Shown here one piece after another: positions 1-7,301 of a stretch of 20,000 nt of DNA. The notes beneath the pieces were generated by a model. It saw only the letters and a program-made list of their open reading frames with translations. It was not told the origin of the DNA and searched no databases. Position numbers and translations under genes: made by a program. Every line of letters starts with the position of its first letter. The first letter of the stretch is position 1. Source of the DNA: an uncultured virus (IMG/VR IMGVR_UViG_3300006213_002314) (Duplodnaviria; Heunggongvirae; Uroviricota; Caudoviricetes); IMG/VR virus record IMGVR_UViG_3300006213_002314; one strand, written 5' to 3'.

Positions 1-1399
1 TCCAGTAACTGCTCTTGTTCAATGTGTCCTTCGGCGGTGCCGAGTAAGTCGCTCCATTCTCAATCTCGTTGAATGAAGAACTACTGCCGTCCACCATATC
101 TTTGAATTTTGATTCCGGAAATGACTCCAACTGATTGAAGTACATTTCGTTCCACTCTGCTATAAGCACATCTACGTTGCCTGCCTGCCACTGTGCGGCA
201 AAAGGCTCTGCCCTGGATTCCTTGCTTCCAGACTCTCCTATGGTCTTCACCAGAAAGCCGGCCAACATCTTTACATACGATTGTGCCTGCTCTTTTCCGG
301 CCTGTCCTGGGTCCTGCGGAAGCCGTTGGATTACTCTTCCGTATTTTGCCCTATCCGCCTGTGCCGTCATTTTTATAAGTTTCCGCACATCAGATGCCGC
401 CAATCTCTTATTGATAACATCTGCCACAATGTACCGTCCGTTCTTGCGCTTACCTATCAACACGCCTGCCGTATATGCTGGATCACCGTCTTCGTCTTCA
501 CTGGTAGCGGCAAGGTCCCAACCTCTGCACCAAGAAACAACATCATTCGGCAACTCTTCCAGCATTGCACCGACTTGCACTCTACGGAAATACAGACCGG
601 CCGCTGCTTTGATTTTCCAGTTTCCTTTCAGCAATCGCTCTCTTTCAACCGTAGGCAGTGCTTTCAAGTTTGCCAAATATCCGGGGTCCATCTGCATCAG
701 GATTTTATTGTCCTGCAATGTACTGGCTATAAACGTTACACTTTTTACATCTCTCGGATCATATCCTTGCTCTGCCAGCTCTGCTTTGGAATCAGCCCAT
801 ATAATTTCATCGTTTACCCTGATCATATAACGGATAACGCCGCTTCTTTCCGGAATAGGGTATCCTGTCTCTTGATTGATCCACCACTTAATGAAGTCGG
901 CCACCCAGCTATCAGCATCCGGATTGCAGGTTGCTCTCACATATGGCGCCACTCCGGAATCTGTACGGTTTCGTGACAGCATATAGAAAAACTGATGCTT
1001 CGTGAAGTGCGTCAGCTCGTCAAATCCGATCATGGCAATCTGGGAACCTTGCCAGTTGTGAACATCAGCATCAGTACCCAAGTGTGCGAAATTGACCGTT
1101 GCACCGCTTTTGAAGGTCCAATGTAGTTTTGGTGTCTTTAACGGATAGCAACCATGCACGAGGCTATAAATCTTTCCTGCACTATCCCATAAACCTCCGG
1201 GGGCTGTAACCTGGGTATAACTGCTTCGGAAAATCACAGCATTGTAATTCTTGTTATTCATATGCCGGATCGGTTCGAGCAGTAATCCAAAAGTCTTGCC
1301 TCCTCCTGCGGCTCCACCGTAAATACAAATGTCAGCAGAAGTGGCAAGGAACTTTTCCTGTGGACCTTTCTGCGGCCCGATTCTAATTATTCTCCCCAA
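1..1399 (-). CDS. terL: Terminase large subunit (3' end runs off window; about 466 codons visible; absent from ORF track)
   Basis: Manual translation from TTG at 1399 (RBS GGGAGG upstream): MGRIIRIGPQKGPQEKFLATSADICIYGGAAGGGKT (Walker A), IGFDELTHF (Walker B), ATCNP (coupling motif), GWDLAAT and FPESKFKDMVD (RNase H-like nuclease); no stop before base 1. Confidence 0.95.
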   Translation of the reverse strand, partial: MGRIIRIGPQKGPQEKFLATSADICIYGGAAGGGKTFGLLLEPIRHMNNKNYNAVIFRSSYTQVTAPGGLWDSAGKIYSLVHGCYPLKTPKLHWTFKSGATVNFAHLGTDADVHNWQGSQIAMIGFDELTHFTKHQFFYMLSRNRTDSGVAPYVRATCNPDADSWVADFIKWWINQETGYPIPERSGVIRYMIRVNDEIIWADSKAELAEQGYDPRDVKSVTFIASTLQDNKILMQMDPGYLANLKALPTVERERLLKGNWKIKAAAGLYFRRVQVGAMLEELPNDVVSWCRGWDLAATSEDEDGDPAYTAGVLIGKRKNGRYIVADVINKRLAASDVRKLIKMTAQADRAKYGRVIQRLPQDPGQAGKEQAQSYVKMLAGFLVKTIGESGSKESRAEPFAAQWQAGNVDVLIAEWNEMYFNQLESFPESKFKDMVDGSSSSFNEIENGATYSAPPKDTLNKSSYW

Positions 1400-1856
1400 T
1401 GTTGTCCCTCCCGTTATCTGGAAGATAGAACTGCACCTGATCCTCGTCACCTGTTGATTCTGGTATGTATTCCGGTCTATCCTGCCATCTATCTCTCTGC
1501 CTGTTCTTCAACCAGAAGCATTGCGCACCCACATCCGGAGGAACATGTTTTTTTATCTTTTCGATCTTGACAGGCTTGACGTTCCCATCCTTGTCATATT
1601 CGATTATCTTCTTTTCCTCCTCGTACTCATACCCTGTGGCTCTCTGATACAAACTCCTTACTACCTTTGCATCGGAAACTCCTTTCCCTTGTGCCAGAGC
1701 TACACCGAAACTCTCATGGTCCTTACTCCATCGGATGATTGTCCGTTTGGAAACTCCCATTGCCTTTGCGATTTCCTCATTGGTAGCTCCCATGGCAGCC
1801 AAAGACCACGCCCAGTCATCGTGATAATCTGGATTGTATTTGACCTTAGCTGCCAT
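1383..1856 (-). CDS. terS: Terminase small subunit (HTH-containing)
   Basis: N-terminal HTH (GATNEEIAKAMGVSKRTIIRW), SLYQRATGYEYEE and KHVPPDVGAQCFWLKNRQRDRW typical of Firmicutes phage TerS; overlaps terL start. Confidence 0.88.
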   Translation of the reverse strand: MAAKVKYNPDYHDDWAWSLAAMGATNEEIAKAMGVSKRTIIRWSKDHESFGVALAQGKGVSDAKVVRSLYQRATGYEYEEEKKIIEYDKDGNVKPVKIEKIKKHVPPDVGAQCFWLKNRQRDRWQDRPEYIPESTGDEDQVQFYLPDNGRDNIGENN

Positions 1857-1863
1857 CCCTTAT

Positions 1864-2769
1864 CTACTTTCCACTCAGATAATCAGCGCAAAGGTATTCG
1901 ATTAACTGCCACTTGTTCTTGCTGGTAACCGTTCCATCTTTCTCAGCTTTCTTGATGGCCTGCTTTATTACTTCTGCAGACTCAGCCGGCACAGCACTAC
2001 TCCCGAATAGCTTCGTAAGGTACGTCCAATCTTCGTCTTCGCTGAAGCCGACAGCATCCATTTTTTCATTGACAGCCTCAATCATGGAATGCACTGCAGC
2101 GCCTACATTCCGTATGTCCGTGAACTTCTGGTACTTATCCAGCGTCTCTACGAACCGCTTGCATTGCTCATATGCCGCTACTCCGATAATCTCAGCTCCG
2201 GTATTCTGCAGATTCTTCAACAGGACATCCATGTCGCTGATCTGATGCGGCAGAAACGCAAACGTGATATTCTTAAAATCAAAATGAACCGCAGGGGATG
2301 CCAGTTTATCGTACTGCTCCAGCGGTTCTTCCATGATGTCCTTCCCGATAAAGCTCTCCAGCATATCGTCAACATCCGTTATCATTTTCACGATTTCTCT
2401 TAGGGTGGAATCATCATCGAATCCAGCAATCGCATTATGGGCCAACTGCTTCGCCGCAATCTGGCTCCTTGACAGACCACTCACATCCAGAATGACAATG
2501 ATTTCTTTCAAACCGGCTGCCCTTGCCGACTTGATCCTGTGGTGCCCGGATACGATTTCCAGCTTATCATCCACCAATACCAAAAATGGCAGGCTCTCCA
2601 ACTGCCCTCTCTTCTTGATATTCGCTGTCAACTGGTCCTGCATCTCATTTTTCATAATCCTGGCGTTAATATCCTGCTCTTTCATGCTGTCTATCTGGAC
2701 CTTTGCAATCACAAGACCTGCGCCCATGTCATATATTACTTCATAGCCTTTGCTCTGTTCTCCCGCCAT
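1864..2769 (-). CDS. ParB/Srx N-terminal domain protein
   Basis: INARIM...LTANIKKRGQLESLP...IVSGHHRIKSARAAG ParB-like signature; sits directly upstream of terS. Confidence 0.85.
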   Translation of the reverse strand: MAGEQSKGYEVIYDMGAGLVIAKVQIDSMKEQDINARIMKNEMQDQLTANIKKRGQLESLPFLVLVDDKLEIVSGHHRIKSARAAGLKEIIVILDVSGLSRSQIAAKQLAHNAIAGFDDDSTLREIVKMITDVDDMLESFIGKDIMEEPLEQYDKLASPAVHFDFKNITFAFLPHQISDMDVLLKNLQNTGAEIIGVAAYEQCKRFVETLDKYQKFTDIRNVGAAVHSMIEAVNEKMDAVGFSEDEDWTYLTKLFGSSAVPAESAEVIKQAIKKAEKDGTVTSKNKWQLIEYLCADYLSGK

Positions 2770-4136
2770 TGTTTCTCCTTTCTAAGCCACTGGATAAGAG
2801 TTTCCTGCTCAGACCGTCCATCTATCAGCGGAGCTTCATAGGTCAGCTTGAAGCCATTCTGTTTGTCCTGCACTCTCGAATCCAGTTTCATAATTCCTCG
2901 TACCTCTTTATTTTCCGGATACTTCGTCAGCATTGCCGTTCTGATCTTCACAACCTTTTCTTTGTCAAGATCATCCAGAAGTGAATTGGCAAACTCCCGG
3001 TTCTGCGCCAGCATGTAGCAAAGCCGCCCGAGCCGGTACTTCTCATGTGGAACCTTCATCACATACCAGACAAAGAGCGAATCAGCGGCCATCTTCGATA
3101 TACCGAATACTCCGGCCACATACCCATCAATCAGCAACGCCCGGTTATATGTAGCTGAGGAGCCTACGAAATTGTGAGTCCACAATACCCGGTAATACTG
3201 AGCTTCTGCGCCCTTTATCGGAATAATCTGGACCTTGCTTTCTTCTGTAATTTCATAGTCCCTCGGCAGCATACTACATTCCAGAGGCTCCAGCTTGCTT
3301 TCTGATGGACGCTTGATCTTCTTTCCATTTGCCAGGGCAACTGCCTCTTCTTCCCGGTTCGTAGTGATATAGCTGTTGAGGTCTGCTCTGGTTCCTGATC
3401 TGGCAAAGATTGTGTAGCCTACCGCTTCACCTACACGCTTCTCTTGGTAGCAGATAACCAAAGCCTTTGCATCCATGCACATATCATAAAGTTGCTGGTG
3501 TCCGGTTTCCGGATTGAACAGCTGATACTCTGGCTCTTTCCATGTCATTTTCCCCTGGGTATCGTAGAACTTTTCATATCCGGAAAAATATGTTGGAGGA
3601 TTCGCTATAACCAACGCATGAGGATCGTCAAGCACCTCTTTCAGATGGTCCCACATATCCAGAGGGCGGTAGCTCATTCCATGCAAAAGCTCTCTGGTGC
3701 TGTCGATCTGCCTTTGAATATTCGCTATATGTTCTTCTCTGCGATACTTCAAGTCCATCAGCATATTGTGAAAATATTCATTGCCGGCACTCTTTGAAGT
3801 GCGGAGGTACATCTGTGCGTACAAAGCCGTTGCAGGGTCAAGCAGCTCTTCGTCTGAGAAGCCTTGTGCATGAATTTCCAGAGGCGCTAAAGACTGTCCT
3901 GTGATGGCATACCCAAGCACAGAGGTCATCATAGAAACATCGCTTGTTTCTATCTGCTCTGGTTTGAAGCCACCACGTACCGCCAGGTTTGCCATTGCAA
4001 AGGTTCCTGCACACGGCTCAACAAATCTTGTATAGCCCGATTTCGCCGCTGTTTCGATCAGTTTCACCAGATACTTTTGTTCCACAGTACCAAGGCAACC
4101 GAGAAACATCTCTCCTGGGTCCCTAAAAAACGCCAT
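2736..4136 (-). CDS. DNA-modification protein: N-terminal N6-adenine MTase-like domain fused to C-terminal Mom-like GNAT-fold domain (466 aa)
   Basis: True start likely ATG 4136 with AAGGAG RBS. SAM-binding motif I FVEPCAGTFAM, variant motif IV IANPPTY. C-terminus VQIIPI-AEAQYYRVLWTHNF-RALLIDGYVAGVFGI-LFVWYV-KYRLGRLCYMLA fits a GNAT strand/helix pattern by eye. Confidence 0.72.
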   Translation of the reverse strand: MAFFRDPGEMFLGCLGTVEQKYLVKLIETAAKSGYTRFVEPCAGTFAMANLAVRGGFKPEQIETSDVSMMTSVLGYAITGQSLAPLEIHAQGFSDEELLDPATALYAQMYLRTSKSAGNEYFHNMLMDLKYRREEHIANIQRQIDSTRELLHGMSYRPLDMWDHLKEVLDDPHALVIANPPTYFSGYEKFYDTQGKMTWKEPEYQLFNPETGHQQLYDMCMDAKALVICYQEKRVGEAVGYTIFARSGTRADLNSYITTNREEEAVALANGKKIKRPSESKLEPLECSMLPRDYEITEESKVQIIPIKGAEAQYYRVLWTHNFVGSSATYNRALLIDGYVAGVFGISKMAADSLFVWYVMKVPHEKYRLGRLCYMLAQNREFANSLLDDLDKEKVVKIRTAMLTKYPENKEVRGIMKLDSRVQDKQNGFKLTYEAPLIDGRSEQETLIQWLRKEKQWRENRAKAMK

Positions 4137-4174
4137 TTCTCTTCCACTCCTTTCTCTCTTTGTTGAAAATATAC

Positions 4175-4229
4175 AAAAAGCCAAACAAGTCTCTTGTACT
4201 ACCCCCGTAATTTCCGAGACTGATTTGGC
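4175..4229 (-). terminator. Terminator/attenuator-like hairpin 2 upstream of modification gene
   Basis: Minus strand GCCAAATCAGTCTC-22 nt-GAGACTTGTTTGGC followed by TTTTT. Confidence 0.5.
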
Positions 4230-4238
4230 AGATTGCAC

Positions 4239-4274
4239 AAAATAAAGGCACCGTACTGTTTCAAATACGATGCC
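4239..4274 (-). terminator. Intrinsic terminator-like hairpin 1 directly after the tRNA-like gene
   Basis: Minus strand GGCATCGTA-TTTGAAACAG-TACGGTGCC followed by TTTATTTT. Confidence 0.65.
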
Positions 4275-4282
4275 GTTTCTTT

Positions 4283-4352
4283 TGGACCGGACTCCTGCAA
4301 TGAACAGGAACTCTCTCCTGGGAGGAAAGCGTGATTCTTTCACCAAGTCCGG
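4283..4352 (-). tRNA. Non-canonical tRNA-Gly(CCC)-like RNA, 70 nt, CCA encoded
   Basis: CCGGACT TG GTGA-AAGAA-TCAC G CTTTC-CTCCCAG-GAGAG AGTT CCTG-TTCATTG-CAGG AGTCCGG T CCA: perfect 7-bp acceptor stem, 4-bp D stem, 5-bp anticodon stem with C-U-CCC-A-G loop, U73 discriminator. D loop lacks GG; T arm is short and aberrant. Confidence 0.82.
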
Positions 4353-4355
4353 ATA

Positions 4356-4892
4356 TTATGTTGTCATGCCCGCCATTCCGAATAAACTCATTTGCTGGAA
4401 CCCTTCGTCTTCCCTTTGGGATTCCTTCTGAGCGGCAGGGCGTTTACTGTCTGTCTTCTGTGTTTTCTTAGCTGTTGGTTTCTTCTCTTTCGGAGGATTC
4501 GGGTCTGAAAGCTCTGGGATGATTTCTCCGGTCTGCTCCATGTACCACTGAGCAAATACCGTTCTGTGGCACCAGTCTTCCGGTATTCTCACATCCTCGT
4601 AGCAAAGCAGCACTAAATCTTTGTTCTGGTCTGCGGCCTCTCTCTCAAACCTCATAACCATATCAACGATTCTGTCTGCTCCGATTCCCTCCAGCTTCCG
4701 GTAGTATGCTTCTTTGAATGCGTCATAATCCATTCTCAGCATATACCCTTTCGGTGCCAGTGAATAGCATTGTGTCACCAGTTCATACCCGAGCGGGAAC
4801 TTCGGCGCTCCTATGCTGATTCCAATGCAGTAATACTTCTCTTTGTTCTCGGTCAGCTCCTTATTGCTGTACCGGCTCGTCCAAATAGCCAT
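4356..4892 (-). CDS. DUF488-like protein
   Basis: MAIWTSRY...ISIGAP...LAP...LVLLCYE...CHRTVFAQW motif pattern of DUF488 family; RBS AAGGGAG. Confidence 0.75.
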   Translation of the reverse strand: MAIWTSRYSNKELTENKEKYYCIGISIGAPKFPLGYELVTQCYSLAPKGYMLRMDYDAFKEAYYRKLEGIGADRIVDMVMRFEREAADQNKDLVLLCYEDVRIPEDWCHRTVFAQWYMEQTGEIIPELSDPNPPKEKKPTAKKTQKTDSKRPAAQKESQREDEGFQQMSLFGMAGMTT

Positions 4893-4910
4893 ATCTGATA
4901 CTCCCTTTCT

Positions 4911-4969
4911 CTCGCAAATGCAAGTATATGTTATACTTTTATTATACTATGCGAGCAGGTCTAAGTACA
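4911..4969 (-). promoter_or_regulatory. Putative promoter/operator region for the DUF488-tRNA-MTase cassette
   Basis: Perfect -10 TATAAT (4941-4946, minus strand) with weak -35; CTCGCA half-site in spacer; CTCGCAAATGCAAG (4911-4924) next to RBS; AAGTATA-TGT-TATACTT inverted repeat (4922-4938). Confidence 0.5.
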
Positions 4970-5017
4970 CTGAAATACCCTTATTTAACCGATTTTTCAC
5001 ATTTCCAAAGGCTGCTT

Positions 5018-5039
5018 CCGGGAGGTCTGTACCTCCCGG
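5018..5039. repeat. Perfect 9-bp GC-rich hairpin in late leader
   Basis: CCGGGAGGT-CTGT-ACCTCCCGG. Confidence 0.7.
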
Positions 5040-5107
5040 TCCTGCCTCGGAGGGAAGAAAAACAACACGTTTTTTAGGGGTGACATATGACTTATCGGGC
5101 TTTTACC

Positions 5108-5160
5108 AGAATAACACGAAGCCTTTCGCTTGTCTAGTGCAACCTTTTCGCATATGCGAG
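5108..5160 (-). promoter_or_regulatory. Putative late promoter with upstream palindrome
   Basis: Minus strand TAGACA-17 bp-TATTCT with TGn extension (5136-5108); palindrome TTCGCATATGCGAG at 5147-5160, right after the late activator stop. Confidence 0.5.
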
Positions 5161-5835
5161 TTATTTCGTTCTCTTTTCTCGCACATTCTTTTTCTTCGCA
5201 TTCCGGACGCTCCGCCTCGTTTCTATGCTCTTCACTCCCTCTATTCCGAAGAACAATACCGATAAATCGTCATACGCCTTTTCCAGGGTTCTATATACCG
5301 TGCTCTTGTCGATCTGCTCCAGCTCCGCTACTTCCTCTAAGGCCATAGGCTCTTTTCTCAGGTAAATCATTTCAACCACTCTGTATCTTCGCTGGATATC
5401 CTGAATTTTTGACTTCTTGCACTCCTTCTTATAATTCTCCAGTTGTACATCCACATGGTTCAGTAGCATTCCCGTCACGATCCGGTTCCTGTTCGTACTC
5501 GTCAGATTAAATTCCTCTTTTCTCACTCTATCCAGGATTCCATCCAGAATCTCCTTCAGTGTGGGGTCTGTCACCGTGTCGCTCCCTGTCACGGATGTAC
5601 TTCTCATTCTCTTTAACTGGCGGTAATGAATGATAATCGTCTTTGCACTGTTCTTGACCTTATCTGCCAGCTCTTCCCGTTCCTTTTCCTTTCTTCGCTC
5701 ATAGGCTTCTACTCCTTTCTTCGCCCCTTCCTTGCCTGCCGCCTTAATCAGATTATCCAAGTCCTCCGCTGATATGACAACGAACTTCTTTTCCTCCTGC
5801 GGCGTCTCTGCCATTACAATACTTTCCTCTGTCAT
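5161..5835 (-). CDS. Putative late transcriptional activator (ArpU/RinA-position, C-terminal sigma-70 region 4-like HTH)
   Basis: RRYRVVEMIYL...ALEEVAELEQIDKSTVYRTLEKAYDDLSVLFFG HTH; last early gene before the packaging region. Confidence 0.72.
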   Translation of the reverse strand: MTEESIVMAETPQEEKKFVVISAEDLDNLIKAAGKEGAKKGVEAYERRKEKEREELADKVKNSAKTIIIHYRQLKRMRSTSVTGSDTVTDPTLKEILDGILDRVRKEEFNLTSTNRNRIVTGMLLNHVDVQLENYKKECKKSKIQDIQRRYRVVEMIYLRKEPMALEEVAELEQIDKSTVYRTLEKAYDDLSVLFFGIEGVKSIETRRSVRNAKKKNVREKRTK

Positions 5836-5847
5836 GATGCCACCTCC

Positions 5848-5918
5848 TTGACTTTGCTCTGGTTCTGAGATACAATCTCAGTAGGGTTTGCTGGCTCCGT
5901 CAAGGGGCTGGCTTTTTT
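5848..5918 (+). ncRNA. Putative short antisense transcription unit (promoter plus terminator)
   Basis: TTGACT-17 bp-TACAAT (5848-5876), then hairpin GCTGGCTCC-GTCAA-GGGGCTGGC and T6 (5890-5918). Confidence 0.55.
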
Positions 5919-5928
5919 ATTGCGTGTA

Positions 5929-6264
5929 CTACAGCAGTTTTATCCATATCTCATGTGCTTGTTTTTCATGTCGTTCTGATGCTTTTATTATCTCTGTCAG
6001 TCCTATTTCCGCCTCATTAAAATGTTTTCCAATTTTCCAACAGGTCGTACCGCATTCTCTTACGGTATCATAGTTATCTACTTTCTCTATGCTCAAATCG
6101 CTCATGTAAAATATCCTTTTCCCGATAGAAACAAGTACATTTCCCCGACCTCTTGTAGAGATTACTTGAATAACAGCTTTTGCCGGCATTTCCATAAGCA
6201 TCTCAACAGGAATAACCGTTTTCTTCTCTCCATTGTAAATTGATTGCTCTGATCGTTCTTTCAT
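5929..6264 (-). CDS. Hypothetical phage protein
   Basis: 111-aa ORF with RBS (AAGGGGG), co-oriented in operon. Confidence 0.65.
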   Translation of the reverse strand: MKERSEQSIYNGEKKTVIPVEMLMEMPAKAVIQVISTRGRGNVLVSIGKRIFYMSDLSIEKVDNYDTVRECGTTCWKIGKHFNEAEIGLTEIIKASERHEKQAHEIWIKLL

Positions 6265-6280
6265 TTCATCCCCCTTTATT

Positions 6281-6553
6281 TCACATCAGTACGACCACTC
6301 CGCACTCAAAACCTCTCCGGCCGGCCACCGGCCTAATCCCACCGTCAAGTAATTCATAGACTCCTGGTATTCCTCTGGGCGGAGCCTCGTGTTCCTCGCT
6401 CCTCTTCTCCAAGAACGTCCATGACTGCCTTTCACGGAACTCATATTTGTATCCCATTGTTCCATTCCCCGGAGCTTCATTTCGCTCTGCCTCTTCCCTT
6501 TCTGCCCTCACGCGTCCCGCTCTCTTTTGCATTCTCTTTAATTTGTTGCTCAC
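6281..6553 (-). CDS. Hypothetical phage protein
   Basis: GTG start with AAGGGAG RBS; fills operon gap. Confidence 0.55.
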   Translation of the reverse strand: MSNKLKRMQKRAGRVRAEREEAERNEAPGNGTMGYKYEFRERQSWTFLEKRSEEHEAPPRGIPGVYELLDGGIRPVAGRRGFECGVVVLM

Positions 6554-6577
6554 ATCGTCTCCTCCTTCTTATCCGAA

Positions 6578-6928
6578 TCACCGATTCCACGGTTTAAAAT
6601 CTCTTATCTTTTCTACCAGTGTTTCCGGGAGGCCGTCAAAGCATATCGCCCTATCATCCACATAACAAACTGCAGGCGGCTTCGTTGCCATTACATCATC
6701 AACCACAATATGATTGTCTCTTAGATAACGTCTTACCGCTCCCATTCCATTCGGGTAAGCGCACCTGGTAGATACTACAATCACCTCGTATCCATCCATA
6801 CGCAGTCTATTGATCGCCTCCTGTATATGCGGTACAACCGGATCAGGAATAACATCTACACCCTGCCAACCGCTTGAATAGCTGTGTATCACTCCGTCAA
6901 AGTCAAATACTACTGTCTTTTTGCTCAT
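6578..6928 (-). CDS. HAD-superfamily phosphatase-like protein
   Basis: VVFDFDGVI (motif I), VVSTR (motif II), KP...YVDDRA (motifs III/IV). Confidence 0.85.
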   Translation of the reverse strand: MSKKTVVFDFDGVIHSYSSGWQGVDVIPDPVVPHIQEAINRLRMDGYEVIVVSTRCAYPNGMGAVRRYLRDNHIVVDDVMATKPPAVCYVDDRAICFDGLPETLVEKIRDFKPWNR

Positions 6929-6961
6929 TTCTACATCCTCCGCAAAGCATTAAACTATCTC

Positions 6962-7105
6962 TCAGCCCAATTCCAACTCGTTTACATGAATCAGGTGTCC
7001 AAACATTCCAACTTTCCCGTACAACACATCATTTGAGAACATTGGTGCATTGTTGTTTTTTCCAAACGTAGCTGACCTTACTGCATATTCTGATTTAGTT
7101 CTCAT
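6962..7105 (-). CDS. Small hypothetical protein (47 aa)
   Basis: ATG 7105 with AAGGAGG RBS, overlapping upstream stop. Confidence 0.45.
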   Translation of the reverse strand: MRTKSEYAVRSATFGKNNNAPMFSNDVLYGKVGMFGHLIHVNELELG

Positions 7106-7277
7106 GTTTTCCTCCTTGTTTTGCATGATAGAAAAGCCACAGCACATCTTCATGGCTGACTTTCACTCCCGCTCTTTCTTGCAAATATTTTCTACACTTT
7201 TCCGTATTCATTGGCGATATTACTCCACCGTTATTAACGTAATCCACGTAAAACGGCATGATGTTTTCTCTATCCAT
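7095..7277 (-). CDS. Small hypothetical protein
   Basis: 60-aa ORF with GAGGTG RBS. Confidence 0.55.
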   Translation of the reverse strand: MDRENIMPFYVDYVNNGGVISPMNTEKCRKYLQERAGVKVSHEDVLWLFYHAKQGGKHEN

Positions 7278-7301
7278 GATTCACCTCGCTAAATCTTCGT
7301 T

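Noticed and set aside
135..976. Two 231-aa + strand ORFs (135..830, 281..976)
   Set aside because: Antisense shadows of terL, which has clear terminase motifs on the - strand.
4137..4346. 70-codon N-terminal extension of the 536-aa ORF
   Set aside because: Runs through the tRNA-like gene and two hairpins, has no RBS; ATG 4136 has a good AAGGAG RBS.
4283..4352. tRNA-like sequence as an integration (att) site remnant
   Set aside because: It lies mid-genome, about 15 kb from the integrase, and is a complete cloverleaf rather than a 3' fragment.
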